Shown in pieces: positions 56,170 through 64,000 of a stretch of 64,000 nt of DNA. The translations under genes and the position numbers were made by a program. Within the stretch, counting starts at the first letter, position 1, and every line of letters begins with the position of its first letter. Where the stretch lies: the NCBI RefSeq assembly GCF_009914755.1, contig NC_060937.1. The stretch is one strand, 5' to 3'. The notes under the pieces are model-generated. The model saw only the letters and a list, made by a program, of their open reading frames with translations. It was not told where the DNA came from and ran no database searches. Source of the DNA: the human T2T-CHM13v2.0 reference genome, Homo sapiens.

Positions 56170-56232
56170 GGTGCTCTACACCTTCAGAGAAACTTCTCTA
56201 GTAACAAACTACAGAAATGAAAGTATAGTCTT
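56170..56232 (-). pseudogene. U3 snoRNA 5' fragment (nt 1-70, 7-nt deletion) fused to L1
   Basis: Reverse complement AAGACTATACTTTC-ATTTCTGTAGTTTGTTACTAGAGAAGTTTCTCTGAAGGTGTAGAGCACC matches the U3 5' domain. Confidence 0.93.
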
Positions 56233-59200
56233 GTCTCTTGACATTTTAATAATCGCCATTCTGACTGGCACGAAATGGTATCTCATTGTGGTTTTGATTT
56301 GCCTTGCTGTAATAATCAGTGGTGTTGAGCTTTTTTTTCATATGTTCATTGGTCATATGTATGTCTTTTCTTGAAAATTGTCTGTTCATGTTTTTTCCCC
56401 ATTTTTTAATGGGGTTGTTTCTTTCTTGTAAATTTGCTTAAGTTCCTTGTAGATTCTGGATGTTACACCTTTGTCAGACAGATTGCAAAATTTTTCTCCC
56501 ATTCTCTAGGTTGTCCATTCACTCTGATGACAGTTTATTGTGCTGTGAGGAAGCTTTTTAGTTTAATTAGATCCCATTTGTCAATGTTTTCTTTTGCTGC
56601 AATTGCTTTTGGAGATTTCACCATAAAATCTTTGCCCATGCTAATGTCCTGAATGGTATTGCCTAGATTTTCTTCTAGGGTTGCTATAGTTTGGGGCTTT
56701 ACATTTAAGTCTTTAATACATCTTGAGTTAATTTTTTGTATAGGTAGAGGGAAGGGGTCCAGTTTCCATTTTCTGCATATGGATAGCCAGTTCTCTCAGC
56801 ACCATTTGTTAAGTAGGGAATCCTTTCCCCATTGCTTGTTTTGCGAGGTTTGTAGAAGATCAGATGGCTGTAGATGTGTGGTTTTATTTCTGAGTTCTTT
56901 ATTCTGTTTCTTTGGTCTATTTGCCTGTTTTTGTACCAGTACCATGCTGTTTTTGTTACTGTAGTCTTATAGTGTAGTTTAAAGTCAGGTAGTATGATGC
57001 CCAAAAGGAGCTTTGGACAATCCTAAGCAAAAGAACAAAGCTGGAGGCATCAGTTGTTACTTTGTATTGCTGAAAAGTATCTCCTTATATGGATATACCA
57101 CAGTTGTTTATCCATTCATTCATTTTTTATTTGTCATCTGGATTTTTTCCAGTTTTTGGATATAAAAATGCTGTTACGAATACTGTGCACATACCTGCAT
57201 GAGTATGGTTTTTTACTTTTGAGTAAATTCCTAGTAGTGTAACTGTTGTGTCAAATGGTAAATTTATGTTTAACATTTAAGAACTTGCCAAAATGTTTCC
57301 CAAAGCAACTATACCATTTTATATTCTCACCAATAATATGTGATGGTCCTGACTTCTCTACATCCTTGAAAACACATTATTGCCTGTCTCTAATTACAGC
57401 CATTTAGTGGCATATAGTGACATCTCATTGGAGTTTTAATTTGCATTTCTCTAAAAATGTTGAATGTTTTAACGTGTTTATTAGCTATTGATTTTTTTTG
57501 GTAAAATATCTATTTAAATTTTTCCTATTTTAAAACTGAGTTGTTTTCATAGTTTTAGTGTTATGAAATTCTTTATACATTCTGATTAAGTTCTTTATCA
57601 GACATATGAAAATACTTTTCCTCAATGTGGCCTGTCTTCATTTTCTTAATGGAGTCTTTTGAATAATATTTATTTTGATAATTTCAAATTTATCATTTTT
57701 GATGGAACATGCTTTTGATGTCATATGTTAGAGCTTGTAGCCTAATTTATGGTCACAAAATTTTCTCCTGTATTGTTTTGTATATGTTTTAGGTCTGTGT
57801 TTCATTGTTTATTATGGTATGGGTTAAAAGTATAAATTCAGTCTGTTTTAATGTAAACATTTACTTGAACACACAATTTATTGAAAAGACTATTTTCCAC
57901 AGTTAAGTATTTTGAAACATTTGTTGAAAAATCAATAAAAGCAATGGTTTATTTCTGGATCTCAATTCTATTACACTGATGTATATGTCTATCTTTATGC
58001 CAGTACCACATACTGCATTTATTGCTATAGTTTCATACTAAGTTTTGAAATCAAGATGTTTAAGTCCTCCAGCTTTGTTCTTCTTTTACAATATTGTTTT
58101 TTGCTATTCTAAGTGCATTGGATTTCTATATAAATATGAGCATCAACTTGGCAGATTTTAAAAGGAGACTGAGGAGACTGCTGGTTTTTTGTAGGAAGGG
58201 GAAAAAATTAAAATTAAATATGAAAATTGTCATCTTGATAATATTGTGTCTTCCAGTTTAGGAACATGGAATGTTTCTCCATTTATTTAAATATTTAATT
58301 TCAGCAATGTTTTGTGGTTCTGATTGTAGACTTACAATTTTTTGTTAAATTTATGCATTTTTCTTTCCTTTTTGGAGCTAGTGTGAGTGGAATTGCTTCC
58401 CCAATTTTTTTGCTGTTTTCTTGTTACTGGGTTATAGAAATACAATTTATTTTCATACTAATTTTGAATCTTTCAATCTTACCAAACTTGTTTTTTGGAA
58501 CTAATAGTTATTTTTGGATTCCTTGATATAATATTTCTTCATATTATCAAGTTATCTGGGAATAAAGACAGTTTTAATTAATTAATTTATGCCTTATTGT
58601 ACAAAGTAGAGTCTCCAGGACACTGTTGAATAGAAGTGGTAAAAGCAGACATTCTTTCCTTATTCTCGATCTCAGGGAGAATGTATCCTGTTTTTCATCA
58701 GTATATATAATGTTTGCTGTGAGGTTTTTGTAAATGTTATTTATCAGATAATAAATTTTTCTGCTTTTTCTAGTTTGTTAATTTTTTTACTTATATGAAT
58801 ATTTGATTTAGTCTATTTTTATGCATTAAGATTATTATGCATTTAGTTTCTGTGCCCTTTGTATTAATATGGCTATTACATTGATTGATTCTCAGATTGT
58901 AAAAGAACCAGTACTCCTTGGATACACTGTACTTGTACTTGACATAGAATTATTTTGTATATGGTCTTGAATTTGGTTTGCTAGTATAATATTAATGCTT
59001 ATATGTTTATGTTCATAAAGGGTATTGATGTTCATCTATCTGTTCCTGTGATGTCTATGTCCAGGTATCAAGGTATGAGATGCAATTGTTCCCTTCTCCT
59101 GTATTCTCTGAAATAAATGGTGAAGGATTATTATTATTTGATTTTTGAATATTTGAGAGAATTCACACATCAAGTCATCTGAGCATTTCTTGTAAACCTG

Positions 59201-59630
59201 GACTCATCAAATTTTATGCCCCAACTCATTTAGCTCTTCCACTTAAATTTTATTAAACTCATAGGCCTTTTCTTGTCTAATTTCTACTTGCCTTTCAAGT
59301 CTCAGCTTAAAAGGCATGCCCTTGTAAGAAAATGATTTTAAACACTTTGCAGTATTACACAATAGTTTTTCCTTATTTTCTAATGATGCTGTAAATGTGT
59401 ATGCATAAGAATCATTTAATTTTATGTTTATCTGGTAATTTAATGAAACCTGAAAAATTGTAGAGTATGTTTGTGTTTATATTGCATTTTAACAGTTTCG
59501 TCAAGAACTATTATTTAATTTCTCCACAAGTTACATTTAATTTTGATTTATTGGAGACTTTTTAATGACTTTGGATTCATATTTCCTTGATTAATTTAGA
59601 ATTCACACCCCTGTATTTATAGGTGACATT

Positions 59631-60605
59631 TGTCCTACTGCTCACCAGCCAAGTTTACCAGAAACAAATCAGTGGTCTAACAAAGCAGGCATCTTACCAA
59701 GAGGATATTAGCAAGTGCTTCTTAGAGGATTTGGGGTTGTATTAGAAGATTTTGGGATGATCCAAGGAACCAGGTACTTTAGGATTGAGTGCAGGTAAGA
59801 AGCAGCGGTTAATTGTACTATTAAGTATCGTCCAGAAAATAAAAATTTACATCTGTCATAGTTAAACAGGCAAGAAAGACTTTATCAGATACCGTTGCAA
59901 TTTGGGTTAAGACTATTGCATTGGAAGAGAGTGTGAGAACTCCATTCCACTGAAACAAAAGATGGAAGGTTATTTTTAATGCTGAGGTGATCTATCTAAA
60001 AGTACTGGAGGACACTAGGCAGGAAATTGGTCAAGGTGATTAGGCCACCTGTGTTTGCTAATTAGTGAAATTAGGCTTTTACTCTCCAACAGGGACAGGG
60101 AGATAGGGGTGCTGTCTTTCTTAATTGCTCTCAGATCCTTAAGAAAGACACTTCAGGGTTATAGCACTGGTAAGAGACTAAGAGAAGATTTATGTCTCAA
60201 TGGGGCAAAAAAAGAATATAAAGTAGCAAATTTTCTGAAGTAAATGCTCTGAGAAAAGTGAGATCAGGGACCTATAGTGAGAAAGAAGCCTGTCTAAACT
60301 TTAGTCAAGCTGAGCAAAACCTTAAGGGAATCTGGGTTAGTATATTAATCACTGTTTTCTAGAAGGATGAAAACAAAAGAGCAAGACTAAAACTGTGATT
60401 TGTTAAAAAGCAGTAGGCACTCATGGAAGCCTGGAAATGGAGCTATTTGGCATTTTTTGTTCCTTAGACAGTGTTTTCTGTTTGTGCTCAGAAGTGATTA
60501 CAGATAAATTTTGATTGTTTATTTGTTTTCCATCAGCATTACAGAGTGACCTCATCTGATATTGGGTATTTGTGAAATTATTCATGTTCAGTGGAACATC
60601 TAACA
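59631..60605. mobile_element. Old LTR remnant with a nested MER31-like LTR (about 59854-60340, minus strand)
   Basis: Inner element gttaaacaggcaagaaagacttta...aagcctgtctaaactttagtcaagctgag. Outer family unresolved. Confidence 0.55.
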
Positions 60606-60716
60606 GTTGCTATGCCAGCTATCATGTATGTTTATTTCTATCTGTACCTTGATATTTTTGTGTTTGCTTTTATTTTTGGAAGGAAGTGAGATGTATTTTT
60701 GTGGATTTGGAAAAGG

Positions 60717-61021
60717 ATATATATTTATACACATATATACGTGTATATATATATACACGTATATATGTGTACACGTATATATGTGTATATATATACACAT
60801 ATATATACACATATATACGTGTATATGTGTATATATACATATATACATATATACATATATATACATATACATATATATACACACACATATATATACACAC
60901 ATATATATAATATATATATTCTTCCTAATCAGTCATCATATCCAATTGGCTCTATCTTCTATATATATGTATACATATATACATATAAAAATTATATATA
61001 CCAAAATTTATATATATATAA
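60717..61021. repeat. Compound (TA)/(TACA)/(TG) microsatellite
   Basis: Directly visible. Source of several YI-repeat pseudo-ORFs. Confidence 0.95.
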
Positions 61022-61639
61022 ATTTCTTCTGTGTTTTGTATACATTATGTTACCTGATGATATTCTGAATTCTCCCTATAGAAACCAAATAGAACTAAAA
61101 TTTTATAAATCTCCCCTATAAAAACCATAATTTAGAGTATATTGTTTGATAATTTCTTCTACTTTTCTATTGTTGTTAGTATTTTCTCATTTCTTTTCTT
61201 AAATTGCTTTTAGAATTTAACATTATCATCACAATAAACATTTTATCCAGAACTAGAGTAATATAATTCACAAAGTATTTAAATATAGTTGTAATCCTTT
61301 TCTCATTTCAAATGTGTTGGTAACGTTTCTTATTTTTACTTACGTTTATCATACATTTATTTTTAATAAATAAACTGCTGCATACTAATTTTTTAATGTT
61401 TTGATCATTCTCTGAGGGAGTTAAGGAATATAACTCAGGTAAGTGACCACGTCTATTGACTTACCTATAAAATACTGAGATAACATAATCTTGATAAGAA
61501 AAAAAGAACACATACTGCATATAGTTTGCTTCACTTTGAATATATCATGCATTATAGATAATGGCTCTGACGAGCAACACATTTATACCTCTAAGTGTAG
61601 TAAACATTTCTATCCTAACAGGACTTCTAAAACTGATTA

Positions 61640-62830
<1,191 letters not shown>

Positions 62831-62834
62831 CTCC

Positions 62835-64000
62835 TGTTTTACTCAGGATTTTATTGAGAGACAGAAACAATAGACTATATATAGAGAAAGATGAAAAAGA
62901 ATCTATTAGGAGAATGGGCTCACTTCATTATGGAGGCTGAAAAAGTCTCATGATAGGCTGTCTGCAAAGCAGGAAAACCGGGAAAGCTGGTAACACAGCT
63001 CAGCCCAGGTCCAAAGGCCTTATAACAAAGAAGTCAATATTAAACTTTCAGTCCAAAGCTGAAGGCCTGGGAGCCTAGGGGGCCACTGGTGTGAGTCCCA
63101 GAGCTCAAAGGCTGGAGTTCTCACATCCAAGGGTGTCAATCACAACTACGCCCACGCTGAGGTCCGAAGGGAGTGGGTAGATGGGTGGCAAGTAGCTGAA
63201 AGAACACTTAGGGGGCATTAGGGAGGTGAAATGTAGTTTTATTCAGCAGCTCTCTCATTAGCAGTCTCTCACACTGTCCGCCTTTATCTTGGCTGTCTGC
63301 TCTGGCTGCACCCCTCCCAGCAGCCAGCTCTGTGGCTCCTGCTGCCCCCATGCCTGCAGCTGCACTCTCTGGCCTGCAAGGTCAGGGTCAGCAGCTTAAC
63401 TCTTTCCCTCTAGGCACAAACCAATTCCTGGACCCCACCTGCCCGCCTTCAAGGCAACCAGGTCTCCCTCACAGGGATCAGTAGCGTTACTCTCTCTCCC
63501 CAGGCACAAGAAAGAGCCGTGCCCTGGCTCCACCCTGTCTGTCTGCGAGACAGACAACTCTGGCTTTCTCTCTTTCTCTGGGCACATGTGAGAGCCCTGT
63601 GCACAGTGTCAGCAGGGCAGTTATACCTTTTACAAACGACAGTGGCTCCTAGCCAAGCATGAGCTTACACAAACAAGTAGAGGTTACACAAACAAGGTTA
63701 TATAACAAGTAGAGTCATGCATCTGCACTCCAAACTCACTGAGTCACTTTGGCCTGGATGTTTACCTTGGCATATGCCTGACCAAAGCACATCCACGTAC
63801 CTTACAAAGGGCGAGAGAGGAAGGGCACTGCAGCTCTGGGAGAGAGGGAGCAAAAATTTACCCTCCGCCTACCTTTTTGTTTCATCCTGGCCCCCAGCTG
63901 TTTGGATTGTACCCACTATCATTGAAGGCAGATCTTCCCTACTCAGCCCACGGATTAACACATCAATCTCCTTCAGACGTACCCTCACAGACACACCTGG
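62835..64000 (-). mobile_element. MLT2 (ERVL) LTR, interrupted and running off the window
   Basis: attatggaggctgaaaaagtctcatgataggctgtctgcaa ... accctcacagacacacc. Confidence 0.85.
63134..63806 (-). mobile_element. LTR18-like solo LTR nested in MLT2
   Basis: TG..CA ends and a perfect 5-bp TSD aaggg. The reverse complement starts tgtaaggtacgtggatgtgctttggtca. Confidence 0.8.

Larger units (their letters stand above)
54800..57052 (-). mobile_element. L1PA8-PA11-like truncated element with a short 5' inversion, interrupted at 55505-56230
   Basis: 3'UTR cacctaggtattaagcccagcat. Flanks are cagttgtt(g/a)ct on both sides. Confidence 0.88.
54540..59190 (-). mobile_element. Old L1M, host of the nested L1PA elements
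   Basis: tctgacttctttcacttagc before the insert. It resumes at 57053 through the RT region (gttgaatagaagtggtaaaagcagacat). Confidence 0.8.

Noticed and set aside
60600-61121. Overlapping 74-153 aa ORFs rich in Y/I/H/T
   Set aside because: They are translations of a stop-free TA/CA microsatellite.

Overview
This is not microbial DNA. It is AT-rich, gene-poor primate genomic DNA, most likely human because it carries a near-consensus AluYa5. I found no credible protein-coding exon. The long ORFs in the track are remnants of L1 ORF1/ORF2, a Tigger transposase, Alu, MaLR or microsatellites. The window is a layered set of transposable elements. (1) A full-length Tigger3 is split by a full-length L1PA6-like element that keeps an open antisense ORF0 and hosts a younger L1 fragment. 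(2) A complete MST provirus contains a nested LTR19. (3) An AluYa5 re-used the target site of an older AluSp. (4) Two L1s carry 5' inversions. The most unusual structure is a TSD-flanked chimera at about 55.5-56.2 kb. It joins the U3 snoRNA 5' 70 nt, an L1PA7 3' end and about 445 bp of apparent 3'-transduced DNA that contains a tailless U2 snRNA pseudogene. Also notable are a 39-bp templated insertion inside a TA microsatellite and an RFX/POU motif cluster in unique DNA. Subfamily names come from recalled consensus sequences and need RepeatMasker/Dfam confirmation. Edges of old repeats are approximate. I see no evidence of a new enzymatic or defence system.
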